Shown piece after piece: positions 1 to 9,723 of a stretch of 64,000 nucleotides of DNA. Source of the stretch: Desulfosudaceae bacterium. GTDB taxonomy: Bacteria > Desulfobacterota > Desulfobacteria > Desulfobacterales > Desulfosudaceae. The notes beneath the pieces are model-generated. The model was not told the origin of the DNA, ran no database searches, and saw only the letters and a program-made list of their open reading frames with translations. The first letter of the stretch is position 1. Every line of letters starts with the position of its first letter. The position numbers and the translations under genes were made by a program. The stretch spans positions 192,001 through 256,000 of the forward strand of contig CAXXDV010000003.1 in assembly GCA_963674745.2 (NCBI GenBank), read 5' to 3'.

Positions 1-1589
1 ATCCGGTTTTCGGGAATACCAATCCCTGTATCTGATATTGTAAATTTCAGTGTGGCCTGGGTGTCGGTCTCATGTCCCAATTCCACATGGATCGTAATGT
101 CTCCCTTTTGCGTAAACTTGATGGCATTTCCGGTCAGGTTGATCAGGACCTGCTTGAGTCGGTGAGGGTCACCTATCAGAAAGGTCGGTGTGTTCGGATC
201 AATGATATTATACATATCCAGGTGTTTCTGGTAAGCTTTTATGGCCAGTACGTCTCCGGCGGTTTCTATGGTTTTGATCAGGTCAAATTCAATTTTTTCA
301 ATGGCCAGTTTGCCGGCCTCTATTTTTGAGAAATCAAGAATATCTTCTATGATTAACAGCAGAGAATCAGCGCTTTGTCTTATAATCTCAGCAAACTCCC
401 GCTGCTCATCATCCATTTTCGAGTTCAGCAGCAGTTTGGCCATGCCGATGATCCCGTTCATGGGTGTTCGTATCTCATGGCTCATGTTGGCCAGAAAATT
501 GCTTTTTGCCCTGGCTGCAAGTTCGGCTTCTTCTTTTGCTTTTCTTAATTCTTCCTCATAATGCTTCTGCTCGGAAATATCTCTGGAAAAATAGACCAGG
601 CGTAACGGTTTATCCGTTTTCTCCCTGATGATATTGCCCGTCATCATGGCCGGAAATGTCGAGCCGTCCTTTCGTTTATGCCCGACTTCTCCGGAATACC
701 CACCCCTTGATACGGCTCTATCATTAAACGGAATGAACTCATCGTTAAATTGTCTGTCCGTGTGGAAAAGTGAAATGTGACAGTCTTCGAGTTCGCTGGG
801 CTTATAACCGTGCATGGCTGCCCAGGCATTGTTGGCAAATTTGATGGCGCCATAGGCGTTGGCCACGACAATACCGTCCATTGACTGTTCCATTGCTTTT
901 TCCAGCATAAACGTCTGATCCAGCGGTCGGATGATAGAACGATTGATGATCAGGGAAGTGAAAAAAACCGAAACGGTTAAAACAATGATGAAAACGATTA
1001 GATTGCTGTATCGATGACGGATGCTGACGCCCCTGATGGATGCCAGTTCAGCATTGAGTTCATTAGAGAAAGAGTCGGCGAATATAACCAGTTCTTTCCG
1101 CAATTCACTATTCTGTCGGGAGAGTTGATGCGCTTTTTGATTGAATTGATCCGGCCGTATCACGTTGCCGGTATTGTCAAACATATGTGTCATTAACTGG
1201 GGGTAAAACTTCTGGGCGGATTCCGTGTAAGCCTTCCAGTGATTGAGAATAGCGACGGCTTCTTCGAGTTTCCGGGGCTCGATGTCCTGCAGGCCGGCTA
1301 CCCTTCTGATGGCCAGGGCCACCTTTTCGGCCATATCACTGGCGGATTCAAAGTAGGATTTTTCACCGATCAGCACGGCTTCTTTGTATTGTTTAACCTG
1401 TTCTTCAAAAGCCGAAAGCGCGGCCTGACTGTATTTGGCTGCGGGATAAATATATCCGGAAACCCTGTCCAGGCGTTGCTCTGTCTGCCGGCCGAGATAG
1501 AACCCGATGGAGATGGAAATGGAATAACCGATTACCAGTATGCTCAGGCTGAGCCAAATTTTTGTAGAAACACTTAACGGCTGGCGCAT
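1..1589 (-). CDS. Membrane-bound PAS sensor histidine kinase (BarA/hybrid-like); 5' part only, runs off the window start
   Basis: Not in the ORF track (no stop inside the window). Manual translation from ATG 1589: MRQPLSVSTKIWLSLSILVIGY (TM1), periplasmic region, TM2 (LIVFIIVLTVSVFFTSLII), PAS/PAC (DGIVVANAYGAIKFANNAW...HKRKDGSTFP...RDIS), H-box AKSNFLANMSHEIRTPMNGIIG, N-box RLKQVLINLTGNAIKFT, G1 DTGIGIP. Confidence 0.9.
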   Translation of the reverse strand, partial: MRQPLSVSTKIWLSLSILVIGYSISISIGFYLGRQTEQRLDRVSGYIYPAAKYSQAALSAFEEQVKQYKEAVLIGEKSYFESASDMAEKVALAIRRVAGLQDIEPRKLEEAVAILNHWKAYTESAQKFYPQLMTHMFDNTGNVIRPDQFNQKAHQLSRQNSELRKELVIFADSFSNELNAELASIRGVSIRHRYSNLIVFIIVLTVSVFFTSLIINRSIIRPLDQTFMLEKAMEQSMDGIVVANAYGAIKFANNAWAAMHGYKPSELEDCHISLFHTDRQFNDEFIPFNDRAVSRGGYSGEVGHKRKDGSTFPAMMTGNIIREKTDKPLRLVYFSRDISEQKHYEEELRKAKEEAELAARAKSNFLANMSHEIRTPMNGIIGMAKLLLNSKMDDEQREFAEIIRQSADSLLLIIEDILDFSKIEAGKLAIEKIEFDLIKTIETAGDVLAIKAYQKHLDMYNIIDPNTPTFLIGDPHRLKQVLINLTGNAIKFTQKGDITIHVELGHETDTQATLKFTISDTGIGIPENR

Positions 1590-1878
1590 ATCTGTGTCTC
1601 GAGAACTTTTTTATAAATCATTTAACCGGCCCCAAAAGGGTTAAGGCGTGAAAAGAACGGTTTTGTGAAGTCCTAATAGTTTAATTCCGGGCTGTCGCAA
1701 TAAGCACGAATTGTTTAGTTTTTATAAAGAAAATAATAGCATGAATAATGACAATTATTCAAATATTTTATGCGGCAAGGCAGGCCCCGGAATGATTCGG
1801 GGTATAATTTTTAAATATATTTCAATCAGGACCGCTTAATTGGAAAAGCGGACATATCCCAAAAACAGTAAATAACAC

Positions 1879-1907
1879 TTGACTTTTCCTCTTTGCTCAT
1901 GTACCAA
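1879..1907 (+). promoter_or_regulatory. Candidate sigma70 promoter of the aro leader/operon
   Basis: TTGACT-N17-TACCAA about 50 nt upstream of the leader ATG; the -10 match is weak. Confidence 0.35.
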
Positions 1908-1957
1908 ACCATAAAATACGATCAAGGGTATATATTTTATATTAAATTGAAAGTGTC

Positions 1958-2044
1958 ATGAGCGTGCGTAACCGTATAGACAGATTCTATTTTTTTTATT
2001 TTTGGTATTATTATTTTAATACCGGTCTGTCTGTGGTGCGTTGA
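1958..2044 (+). CDS. Attenuator leader peptide MSVRNRIDRFYFFYFWYYYFNTGLSVVR (28 aa)
   Basis: ATG 1958 to TGA 2042-2044; 11 consecutive aromatic codons (5 Phe, 5 Tyr, 1 Trp) at 1985-2017; lies directly upstream of a terminator and the aromatic biosynthesis operon. Confidence 0.9.
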   Translation: MSVRNRIDRFYFFYFWYYYFNTGLSVVR

Positions 2045-2087
2045 ACTGAATTAAATAAAGAAAACAAAAAAAGCCGCGGGCGGATCG
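2023..2087 (+). promoter_or_regulatory. Antiterminator helix of the aro attenuator
   Basis: CGGTCTGTCTGTGGT (2023-2037) pairs uninterrupted over 15 bp (6 G-U pairs) with GCCGCGGGCGGATCG (2073-2087), which includes the 5' arm of the terminator. Confidence 0.8.
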
Positions 2088-2110
2088 AACAAGCCCGCGG
2101 CTTTTTTTTT
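2073..2110 (+). terminator. Intrinsic terminator (attenuator) upstream of aroA'
   Basis: GCCGCGGGC, 11-nt loop, GCCCGCGGC, then T9 (2102-2110); preceded by A7. Confidence 0.92.
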
Positions 2111-2156
2111 CGCGGGCGCCGGTCTTTTTGTCAGCGCGTGAACAGGAGGAAGGACC

Positions 2157-2960
2157 ATGACGATTTTGGGGAAAAAAATCAGGCTGGAGCGGTTGGTTAA
2201 CAGAAACACAGGCAGAACGGTGATCGTCCCTATGGATCACGGTGTATCGGTGGGCCCGATTGACGGGGTGACCGACATCCGGACCGCGGTGGGACTCGTG
2301 GCCGAGGGCGGTGCCAATGCCGTGGTGGAGCACAAGGGCCTGGTGCCCAAAGGACATCGCGGCGGCGGACGGGATATCGGTTTGATCATTCATCTGTCGG
2401 CTTCAACCAGCCTGTCTCCGACGCCGAACGCCAAGACCCTGGTCTGCACGGTTGAAGAGGCCGTCAAGCTGGGAGCGGATGGCGTGTCTATCCATGTCAA
2501 TATCGGCGATCGGGATGAAAAACAGATGCTGAAAGACTTCGGGAAAATCAGCGCTGATGCCCGGGAATGGGGAATGCCGCTGCTGGCCATGATTTATCCC
2601 CGGGGAGAGAAAATCAAAGACGAATATGATGTCCAGGTGATCAAACATGCCGCTCGCGTTGGAGATGAACTCGGGGCGGATATCGTCAAAGTCTCTTATA
2701 CCGGCGATGTGGATACCTTCCGACAGGTCGTGGCCGGATGTGCCATACCGGTGGTGATCGCAGGCGGACCGAAGATGGATTCGGACAAGGCCATTCTTGA
2801 AATGGTCAAAGGGGCCATTGACGCCGGTGGTGCGGGTGTGTCCATCGGCAGAAATGTTTTTCAACACGCCAATCCGTCCCGAATGGTGGCGGCTATCGCC
2901 GCAGTGGTGAATGAGGAGGCTGATGTCGATCAGGCGCTGAAAATGCTGAATCAATCTTAA
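2157..2960 (+). CDS. aroA': 2-amino-3,7-dideoxy-D-threo-hept-6-ulosonate synthase (archaeal-type, DhnA/class I aldolase family)
   Basis: [30 protein letters not shown] (Schiff-base Lys), AGGP and GRNVFQ motifs; RBS AGGAGG; adjacent to DHQ synthase II. Confidence 0.88.
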   Translation: MTILGKKIRLERLVNRNTGRTVIVPMDHGVSVGPIDGVTDIRTAVGLVAEGGANAVVEHKGLVPKGHRGGGRDIGLIIHLSASTSLSPTPNAKTLVCTVEEAVKLGADGVSIHVNIGDRDEKQMLKDFGKISADAREWGMPLLAMIYPRGEKIKDEYDVQVIKHAARVGDELGADIVKVSYTGDVDTFRQVVAGCAIPVVIAGGPKMDSDKAILEMVKGAIDAGGAGVSIGRNVFQHANPSRMVAAIAAVVNEEADVDQALKMLNQS

Positions 2961-2981
2961 TTTTCGGAAAGGTGGAGGACC

Positions 2982-3974
2982 ATGCGAAAAATATGGGTCA
3001 AGGTTGATCCCTGGGATAAAAAGATGGTGACAACCGCGCTGGAAGGGGGTGCCGACGGGATACTGGTACCACCGGGGTGTTCAGAAAAGGTCAAGGAACT
3101 GGGAAGGGTTGAAACCATTGCCGAGGACGGAGACCTTAAACTTGGTGAAGAGGTGGTTTTTTTTGAGATCACATCGAGCGACGATGAAGAAGAAATTATC
3201 CGTCTCTGCCGGGATAAAAAAGTGATTCTGCAATGTCCGGACTGGACCATTATTCCCCTTGAGAACCTGATCGCCAGGCAGGTGGATGTCATTACACAGG
3301 TGACCAGTGCTGATGAAGCGCGGACCGCGGCCGGTATTCTGGAAAAAGGCGTTCGGCACCTGCTGGTGGACGCGCCTGATCCGGTGGAATTAAAGAACGC
3401 CATTTCGGCCATCAGGGAAAAAGGGGATCAGACCCCGCTGCAGGTGGCCGAGATAACCGAAATCAGGGCGGTCGGCATGGGTGACCGGGTATGCGTTGAT
3501 ACCTGTACCGCTATGACGGAAGGGCAGGGAATGCTGGTGGGTAACAGCAGCGGGGCGCTTTTTCTGGTTCATTCGGAAAGTATCACCAATCCTTACGTTT
3601 CACCCCGTCCGTTTCGGGTCAATGCCGGGCCGGTCCACGCTTATACCCGGGTGCCCGGCGGGAAAACCCGGTATCTGTCGGAACTGTCCGCCGGGGACCG
3701 GATTCTGATCACAGATTACCAGGGCAAGACGACCGAGGGAGTGGTCGGCCGTTTGAAAATCGAGAAACGCCCGTTGATGCTGGTCAAAGCCGTTGTGGAG
3801 GGCAAGCCGGTTTCCACCATTGTTCAGAACGCGGAAACGATCCGCCTGACAGCCCCGGACGGCAAACCGGTTTCGGTTGTAGCACTCAAACCCGGAGATA
3901 GCGTGCTGGTGTCCATTGAGGCGGGAGGACGGCATTTCGGTTATAAAATCGAAGAGACGATTACGGAAAAGTAG
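2982..3974 (+). CDS. aroB': 3-dehydroquinate synthase II (NAD-dependent, archaeal type)
   Basis: DWTIIPLENLIA, GDRVCVDTC, RPFRVNAGPVHAY, KIEKRPLMLV, QNAETIRL and GRHFG...I.E.I.EK motifs. Confidence 0.93.
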   Translation: MRKIWVKVDPWDKKMVTTALEGGADGILVPPGCSEKVKELGRVETIAEDGDLKLGEEVVFFEITSSDDEEEIIRLCRDKKVILQCPDWTIIPLENLIARQVDVITQVTSADEARTAAGILEKGVRHLLVDAPDPVELKNAISAIREKGDQTPLQVAEITEIRAVGMGDRVCVDTCTAMTEGQGMLVGNSSGALFLVHSESITNPYVSPRPFRVNAGPVHAYTRVPGGKTRYLSELSAGDRILITDYQGKTTEGVVGRLKIEKRPLMLVKAVVEGKPVSTIVQNAETIRLTAPDGKPVSVVALKPGDSVLVSIEAGGRHFGYKIEETITEK

Positions 3975-4016
3975 GCCCGGTAACGATGCCATGTCAATGC
4001 AGGATGGAAAATACTC

Positions 4017-5120
4017 ATGAACCGGAACAACACGGAAAAAACAGAAAAACGGATCGAAGATCTTCGCCGTGATATTGATGCTATTGATGTCAGAATCCTG
4101 GACCTTTTGAATGAAAGGATGGCACTTGCCCGGCAGATCGGTGAATGTAAGGCCGGAGCCGGACACGCCATTGTGGATAAAGCGCGCGAAGACAATCTGC
4201 TTAAAGCGTTATTGTCGCAGAATCCCGGCCCGCTGGATAATGAAAAACTGAAAAAAGTATTCAGTGAGATTATTGCTGCCGCCAGACAGGTCCAGGAGCC
4301 CCGTATCATATCTTACCTGGGCCCGGAGGCAACCTTTACCCATGTGGCCGCTCTGTCCTATTTCGGGAGATCCGACACATTGATCCCGCAACCCAGCATC
4401 AAGGACGTGTTTGACGAGGTGGAAAAAGGGGCCAGTCGTTACGGCGTGGTGCCGGTTGAGAATTCCATAGAGGGGGCCGTCAATCATACCCTGGACCTGT
4501 TCCAGGAGTCGGATCTGCAGATCTGTGCCGAAGCGTATCTGGTTATTTCCCATGACCTGCTGTCACTTTCGGGGGAGCTGGATAAAATCAGGACGGTTTA
4601 TTCCCACCCGCAGACGTTCGCGCAATGCCGGCGCTGGCTGAATAAACATCTGCCGGAGGTGAGCCTGGTGGAATGCAGCAGTAACGCTCAGGCCGCGAAG
4701 ATGGCCATGGCATCGGATGAAACAGGCGCCATTGCCGGCCGGGAAGCGGGCAGGATTTACGGGTTGCAGGTCGTCGCCTCCCGGATTCAGGATGTCGTCC
4801 GCAACACCACTCGTTTTCTGGTTATCGGAAACGACCGGGTGCCCCGGACCGGTAACGACAAGACATCGATTATGCTGGTCACGGCCCATGTCCCCGGCGC
4901 CCTGTTCCAGGCCCTGGGTCCGATTTCCGAGGGCGGCATCAACATGCTGAAGCTGGAATCACGGCCGGCCAAGTATGAAAACTGGAGTTATGTGTTTTTC
5001 GTGGATCTTCTCGGCCATGCCAAAGACGAACCGGTCACGCAGACATTGGCCCTGATGAAGGACAGGTGCCAGTTCCTTAAAGTGCTCGGATCTTATCCCG
5101 TTGCGACGATAAAGGGTTGA
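4017..5120 (+). CDS. pheA: Chorismate mutase / prephenate dehydratase (P-protein)
   Basis: N-terminal AroQ-type mutase (LRRDIDAIDVRILDLLNERM); PDT motifs LGPEATFT, VPVENSIEG, SHPQ, NTTRF; ACT domain ESRP...LGSYP. Confidence 0.95.
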   Translation: MNRNNTEKTEKRIEDLRRDIDAIDVRILDLLNERMALARQIGECKAGAGHAIVDKAREDNLLKALLSQNPGPLDNEKLKKVFSEIIAAARQVQEPRIISYLGPEATFTHVAALSYFGRSDTLIPQPSIKDVFDEVEKGASRYGVVPVENSIEGAVNHTLDLFQESDLQICAEAYLVISHDLLSLSGELDKIRTVYSHPQTFAQCRRWLNKHLPEVSLVECSSNAQAAKMAMASDETGAIAGREAGRIYGLQVVASRIQDVVRNTTRFLVIGNDRVPRTGNDKTSIMLVTAHVPGALFQALGPISEGGINMLKLESRPAKYENWSYVFFVDLLGHAKDEPVTQTLALMKDRCQFLKVLGSYPVATIKG

Positions 5121-5126
5121 CAGAGT

Positions 5127-5960
5127 ATGGATATTGATGCGGAAACAAGGGTTTATTGTGTCCTGGGGAATCCGGTGGCGCACAGCAAGGGACCGGTCAT
5201 GCATAATGCCGCTTTTGCCGCTACCGGTGTCAACGGTGTCTATGTCGCCTTTGCGGTGACGGATATTGCCGGCGCGGTTAAAGGGCTGCGCGCGCTGGAT
5301 GTGGGCGGCGCCAGTGTGACCATCCCCCACAAGGTCGATATCATGCCGCATCTTGACCTGGTGGATGAAGACGCCCTTCGTATCGGCGCTGTCAATACTG
5401 TTGTCAACCGGGACGGCCGGTTAATCGGGTATAATTCAGACTGGCGCGGCGCTGTCCGGGCGTTACAGGAGAAAACCCCGATCAGCGGGAAAAAGGTCAT
5501 GGTGGTCGGGGCCGGTGGCGCGGCCCGGGCGGTTGCCTACGGCATCATGAAGGAGAACGGCCGGCTGATCGTCGTCAACCGCACGGCAGAAAAAGCGAAA
5601 TCCCTGGCCAACGATTTCGAAGGGGAAGCGATGTCCCTGGTGGAAGCCGAATCATGCGACTGGGATATCCTGATCAATACAACGCCGATGGGGATGACGC
5701 CGGTAGATGATCTGTCTCCGGTGCCGGTCCACTGGCTTATACCGGGTCGGGTGGTCATGGATATCGTTTATAATCCTTTGATGACCCGGATGTTGAAAGA
5801 GGCCGCGGAACAGGGATGTGAAATCATCGACGGGGTTGCCATGTTTGTCTATCAGGGGGCTTATCAGTTCGAAGCCTGGACCGGTCGCCGGGCGCCGGTC
5901 GATAAGATGAGGCAGGCGGTACTGGCCGCTTTAAAAGAAAACAGGGAAGGTGAAATCTGA
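5127..5960 (+). CDS. aroE: Shikimate dehydrogenase
   Basis: GNPVAHSKGP, SVTIPHK, GAVNT, NSD, GAGGAARA, NRT, DIVYNP. Confidence 0.95.
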   Translation: MDIDAETRVYCVLGNPVAHSKGPVMHNAAFAATGVNGVYVAFAVTDIAGAVKGLRALDVGGASVTIPHKVDIMPHLDLVDEDALRIGAVNTVVNRDGRLIGYNSDWRGAVRALQEKTPISGKKVMVVGAGGAARAVAYGIMKENGRLIVVNRTAEKAKSLANDFEGEAMSLVEAESCDWDILINTTPMGMTPVDDLSPVPVHWLIPGRVVMDIVYNPLMTRMLKEAAEQGCEIIDGVAMFVYQGAYQFEAWTGRRAPVDKMRQAVLAALKENREGEI

Positions 5961-7222
5961 TGAAAGAAATCAAAACAGGAAAAATCAGAAGTTGTGCGGT
6001 GACCGTTCCGGGATCAAAAAGCTATACGCATCGATGCCTGATCGCCGCGGCGCTTTCCAACGGAATCTGCGAACTGGAGAATTGTCTGGACAGTGAAGAT
6101 ACCCGTTTGACCCGGGTATCGCTGGAAAAGATGGGGGTTGTCATTGAGGACCACAACGGGGCAACAGTCGTGCACGGTACCGGCGGCCGGTTGTCGCCTT
6201 GTGATGATCCGATATACCTGGGCAACTCCGGAACTTCCATGCGTCTTCTGACCGCAGTGGCGGCACTGGGGCAGGGCCCCTATGTGCTGACCGGTTCTGA
6301 AAGGATGACACAGCGGCCGATCGGTGACCTGCTTGACGGACTGAATCGTATCGGCGTTGATGCCCGCAGCCTGGAACACAACGGCTGTCCCCCGTTGTCT
6401 GTAGACGGGAAGAACATGGCCGGCGGGCACATTGATTTAAAATGCGGGCTCAGCAGTCAGTTTTTGTCCGCCTTGCTTCTTGTTGCGCCTTATATAAATG
6501 AAGGGCTGGATATCGCGGTTGTGGAAGGACCGGTTTCCAAGCCTTATATCGATTTAACGGTTACCATAATGGAAAAATACGGTGTGCGTCTGGAACGGGA
6601 CCGTTACGCCCGGTTCCGTGTTCCCGGTGGGCAATGCTATCAGAAAGGCCGATATGTCGTTGAGGCGGATGCCTCACAGGCCGGTTATTTCTGGGCCGCC
6701 GCCGCTGTAACCGGGGCAACCGTCAAGGTCCTGGGGATGTCTTCGGATTCACAACAGGGCGATATCCGCTTTCTTGAGGTGTTGGAGGCTATGGGCTGCC
6801 GGGTCGCGCATGAAGCCGACGGTATTTCCGTAACCGGCGGTAAACTGGTCTCGGTGGAGGTGGATATGTCGGACATGCCGGATATGGTCCCCACCCTGGC
6901 GGTTGTGGCGGCTTTTGCCAGAGGTTCCACGGTCATCAGGAACGTGGCACATTTAAAAGCCAAGGAAAGCGATCGTCTGGCCGTTGTGGCCAACGGGTTG
7001 AGCAAAATGGGTATTATCGCCATGAACGATAATGTCGGTTTGACGATTATCGGTGGCCGTCCATCCGGTGCCCGTATTGATCCTCACGATGATCACCGGA
7101 TCGCCATGAGCTTTGCCGTGGTCGGCCTGGTTACGCCGGGCGTCATTATTCTGGATGAAAATTGTGTGGAAAAATCGTTTCCCACATTCTGGCAGGTATT
7201 TGAAACCTTGTATGAATCCTGA
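5960..7222 (+). CDS. aroA: EPSP synthase
   Basis: PGSKSYTHR, GNSGTSMR, SSQFLSALL, KESDR, DHRIAM, KSFPTF. Confidence 0.96.
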   Translation: MKEIKTGKIRSCAVTVPGSKSYTHRCLIAAALSNGICELENCLDSEDTRLTRVSLEKMGVVIEDHNGATVVHGTGGRLSPCDDPIYLGNSGTSMRLLTAVAALGQGPYVLTGSERMTQRPIGDLLDGLNRIGVDARSLEHNGCPPLSVDGKNMAGGHIDLKCGLSSQFLSALLLVAPYINEGLDIAVVEGPVSKPYIDLTVTIMEKYGVRLERDRYARFRVPGGQCYQKGRYVVEADASQAGYFWAAAAVTGATVKVLGMSSDSQQGDIRFLEVLEAMGCRVAHEADGISVTGGKLVSVEVDMSDMPDMVPTLAVVAAFARGSTVIRNVAHLKAKESDRLAVVANGLSKMGIIAMNDNVGLTIIGGRPSGARIDPHDDHRIAMSFAVVGLVTPGVIILDENCVEKSFPTFWQVFETLYES

Positions 7223-7229
7223 AAAAACA

Positions 7230-7751
7230 ATGAACATATTTCTTATCGGCTACCGCTGTACCGGAAAAACAACCGTGGGCAGGCGCCTGGCGGTTTTGAC
7301 CGGAAGGCGTTTTGTGGACACGGATGATTGCTTTACCGACCGGCATGGCGTTACCATTACCGAATTTGTGGCCGATTACGGCTGGGAAGCGTTTCGTAAA
7401 CAGGAATCAGTTGTTTTAGACACGGTCTCCCGGGAGGACGGGAATGTCGTATCAACCGGCGGGGGGATTGTCCTGAAACCGGAAAACGTGTCGCTGATGA
7501 AAGATCGTGGCCTGGTGGTCTGGCTGATGGCGTCGAAGGAAACGATACTGGATCGGATGTCAGCCGATCCCGCTTCGGCGGATTTCCGTCCGGGGTTGAC
7601 CGACTATCCGTTGCAAGAGGAGATTGCCAGAACACTGGCTGAAAGAACGCCGCTTTATGAGAATGCCATGGACCTTTCGGTTGATACCGAAGGTATGGCG
7701 GTCGAAGATATCTGCCGCCGCGTCATTGGCGCGGCGGGCGGGAAAGGATGA
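7230..7751 (+). CDS. aroK: Shikimate kinase
   Basis: MNIFLIGYRCTGKTT Walker A, DTD, GWEAFR, STGGG, R..LY. Start is probably ATG 7230 (or 7212), not the track start at 7113. Confidence 0.92.
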   Translation: MNIFLIGYRCTGKTTVGRRLAVLTGRRFVDTDDCFTDRHGVTITEFVADYGWEAFRKQESVVLDTVSREDGNVVSTGGGIVLKPENVSLMKDRGLVVWLMASKETILDRMSADPASADFRPGLTDYPLQEEIARTLAERTPLYENAMDLSVDTEGMAVEDICRRVIGAAGGKG

Positions 7752-7754
7752 ATC

Positions 7755-8807
7755 ATGTCCGGAAACACATGGGGAAGGTTGTTTCGCGTAACGACCTGGG
7801 GCGAATCACACGGCCGGGGAACCGGCGTGGTCATTGATGGCTGCCCGCCGGGAATATCCCTGGATGAGGGCGTGGTCCAGGCGATGCTGGACCGCCGTAA
7901 ACCGGGACAATCCAGTGCCAGCACCAAACGCCGAGAGAAGGACCGGGCCGTTATTATGTCCGGGGTATTTGAAGGCGTGACGACCGGGACCCCGATCATG
8001 ATCATGGCCGAGAACAAGGACGCCGACTCATCGGCATACACTCCGTATGCCGGTCTGTTCCGCCCCGGACATGGTGATTATACTTATGCCGGCAAGTACG
8101 GGGTCCGGGACTGGCGTGGCGGCGGCCGGGCCTCGGCCAGGGAGACACTGGCCAGGGTGGCCGCCGGTGCCGTGGCCGGAGCACTTCTGGAAAAGGCGGG
8201 GATTCGGGTATATTCTTATACAGAAGAACTCGGTGGTATTGCAGCAAAAACAATCGATCTTGAAGAGACCGGTCGGAACATGTTCTGTTGTCCGGATGCT
8301 GAAGCCGCTCTTAAGATCGCCGTCCGCGTGGATGAGGTCAGGAAAAACGGTGATTCGCTGGGAGGCATCGTGGCGGTCCGGGCTACCGGTGTACCGGTTG
8401 GCCTGGGGGCGCCCGTGTTTGACAAGCTGGACGCCGACATCGCCAAGGCCCTGATGAGTATCGGTGCCGTCAAGGGAGTTGAGATCGGTGCGGGCTTCGC
8501 GGTAGCGGCAAGAACGGGTTCGGAAAATAATGATGAGATGACACCGGAAGGTTTTACGTCGAATAATGCCGGCGGTATCCTGGCCGGTATTTCCAACGGG
8601 GATGATATTGTCGTCAGGGCAGCGGTTAAGCCCATTCCCTCAATCGCCAGCGAGCAGAAGACCATTGACACGGATGGTAACCCCACTACCGTTTCCGTCA
8701 AGGGACGGCATGATATCTCGGCCATCCCGCGGATCAATGTCGTCTGTGAAGCCATGCTTTGCCTTGTTCTGGCAGATCATTTTTTAAGACAGAAAGCGAT
8801 TAAATGA
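7755..8807 (+). CDS. aroC: Chorismate synthase
   Basis: [44 protein letters not shown]. Confidence 0.97.
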   Translation: MSGNTWGRLFRVTTWGESHGRGTGVVIDGCPPGISLDEGVVQAMLDRRKPGQSSASTKRREKDRAVIMSGVFEGVTTGTPIMIMAENKDADSSAYTPYAGLFRPGHGDYTYAGKYGVRDWRGGGRASARETLARVAAGAVAGALLEKAGIRVYSYTEELGGIAAKTIDLEETGRNMFCCPDAEAALKIAVRVDEVRKNGDSLGGIVAVRATGVPVGLGAPVFDKLDADIAKALMSIGAVKGVEIGAGFAVAARTGSENNDEMTPEGFTSNNAGGILAGISNGDDIVVRAAVKPIPSIASEQKTIDTDGNPTTVSVKGRHDISAIPRINVVCEAMLCLVLADHFLRQKAIK

Positions 8808-9655
8808 ACGGTATCAAAATAGGCATCATCGGTGGTACCGGCGGGATGGGCCGCTGGTTTGAAAAATATTTTAGGGACAACGGTCATCAGGTGCTGGTCG
8901 CCGGCCGAAAGACGGATTTGACTTACCACGACCTGGTCGATAAGTGCCGGGTATTGGCTATCAGCACCCCTCTGGAGCCGGCTCTGGAAATTATCGGCAA
9001 AATAGGTCCGACCCTGCGTGAGGATCAGCTGCTGATTGATTTTTGCTCCCAGAAGGAACGCATTGTCGAGCGGATGGCGGATGCCACCCCGGCCGATGTT
9101 ATCGGTACACATCCCATGTTCGCACCCAACACCCCGTCTATCAGTGGGCTGAACGTCATTGTCTGCCCGGCACGGGACAGGAACGGCTGGCTACCCTGGC
9201 TGGAGTCCCTGTTTTCGGAAAAAGGCGCTGTTGTTACCCGCATGGATCCGGCTGAGCATGACCGGAAGATGGCCATGGCTCAGAGCCTGATGCATTTTCT
9301 GACCCTTTCCCTGGGGCGTATGCTTCAATGTTTCGATTTAAGTGCGGCAGAAGCGTTCCGCTTTGCCACCCCCATTTTCCGCATTAATATTGATCTCATC
9401 GGCCGTCTCCTGTCCCAGGATATCAATCTGTATGCCGAGCTGGTCAGTGACAATAAATATGCACCGGAAATTTTGCAATCATTGTCCCTTGCCATGGATG
9501 ATTGCCGAAAAGCGTTTTTTTCCGGGGAAAGACAGTCGGCGCTGGCGTTTATGGGATCAATCAGGGATTTTCTGGGGGATGATTTTTGTCAGCAGGCACT
9601 GGACGAGACCACCCGGTCGTTGAGTATCATGTATGAGCCGGTAGAAAAAGCGTAA
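8804..9655 (+). CDS. tyrA: Prephenate/arogenate dehydrogenase
   Basis: GGTGGMG Rossmann motif, D..S.K, HPMF, EHDRKMA..QSL.HF; last gene of the aro operon. Confidence 0.88.
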   Translation: MNGIKIGIIGGTGGMGRWFEKYFRDNGHQVLVAGRKTDLTYHDLVDKCRVLAISTPLEPALEIIGKIGPTLREDQLLIDFCSQKERIVERMADATPADVIGTHPMFAPNTPSISGLNVIVCPARDRNGWLPWLESLFSEKGAVVTRMDPAEHDRKMAMAQSLMHFLTLSLGRMLQCFDLSAAEAFRFATPIFRINIDLIGRLLSQDINLYAELVSDNKYAPEILQSLSLAMDDCRKAFFSGERQSALAFMGSIRDFLGDDFCQQALDETTRSLSIMYEPVEKA

Positions 9656-9723
9656 TGTCTATCAAAACTGCTGCCGGGTTGGCCTCCGGGCTACCCGGCA
9701 TCCTGGAAAGCTGAAACCTTCCC

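Noticed and set aside
72..1577. Short track ORFs over the first 1.6 kb, suggesting a fragmented gene
   Set aside because: Manual translation shows one continuous minus-strand kinase frame from 1589 to the window edge.
2016..2393. Minus-strand 125-aa ORF across the attenuator
   Set aside because: Antisense shadow of aroA' and the leader, with no recognisable motifs.
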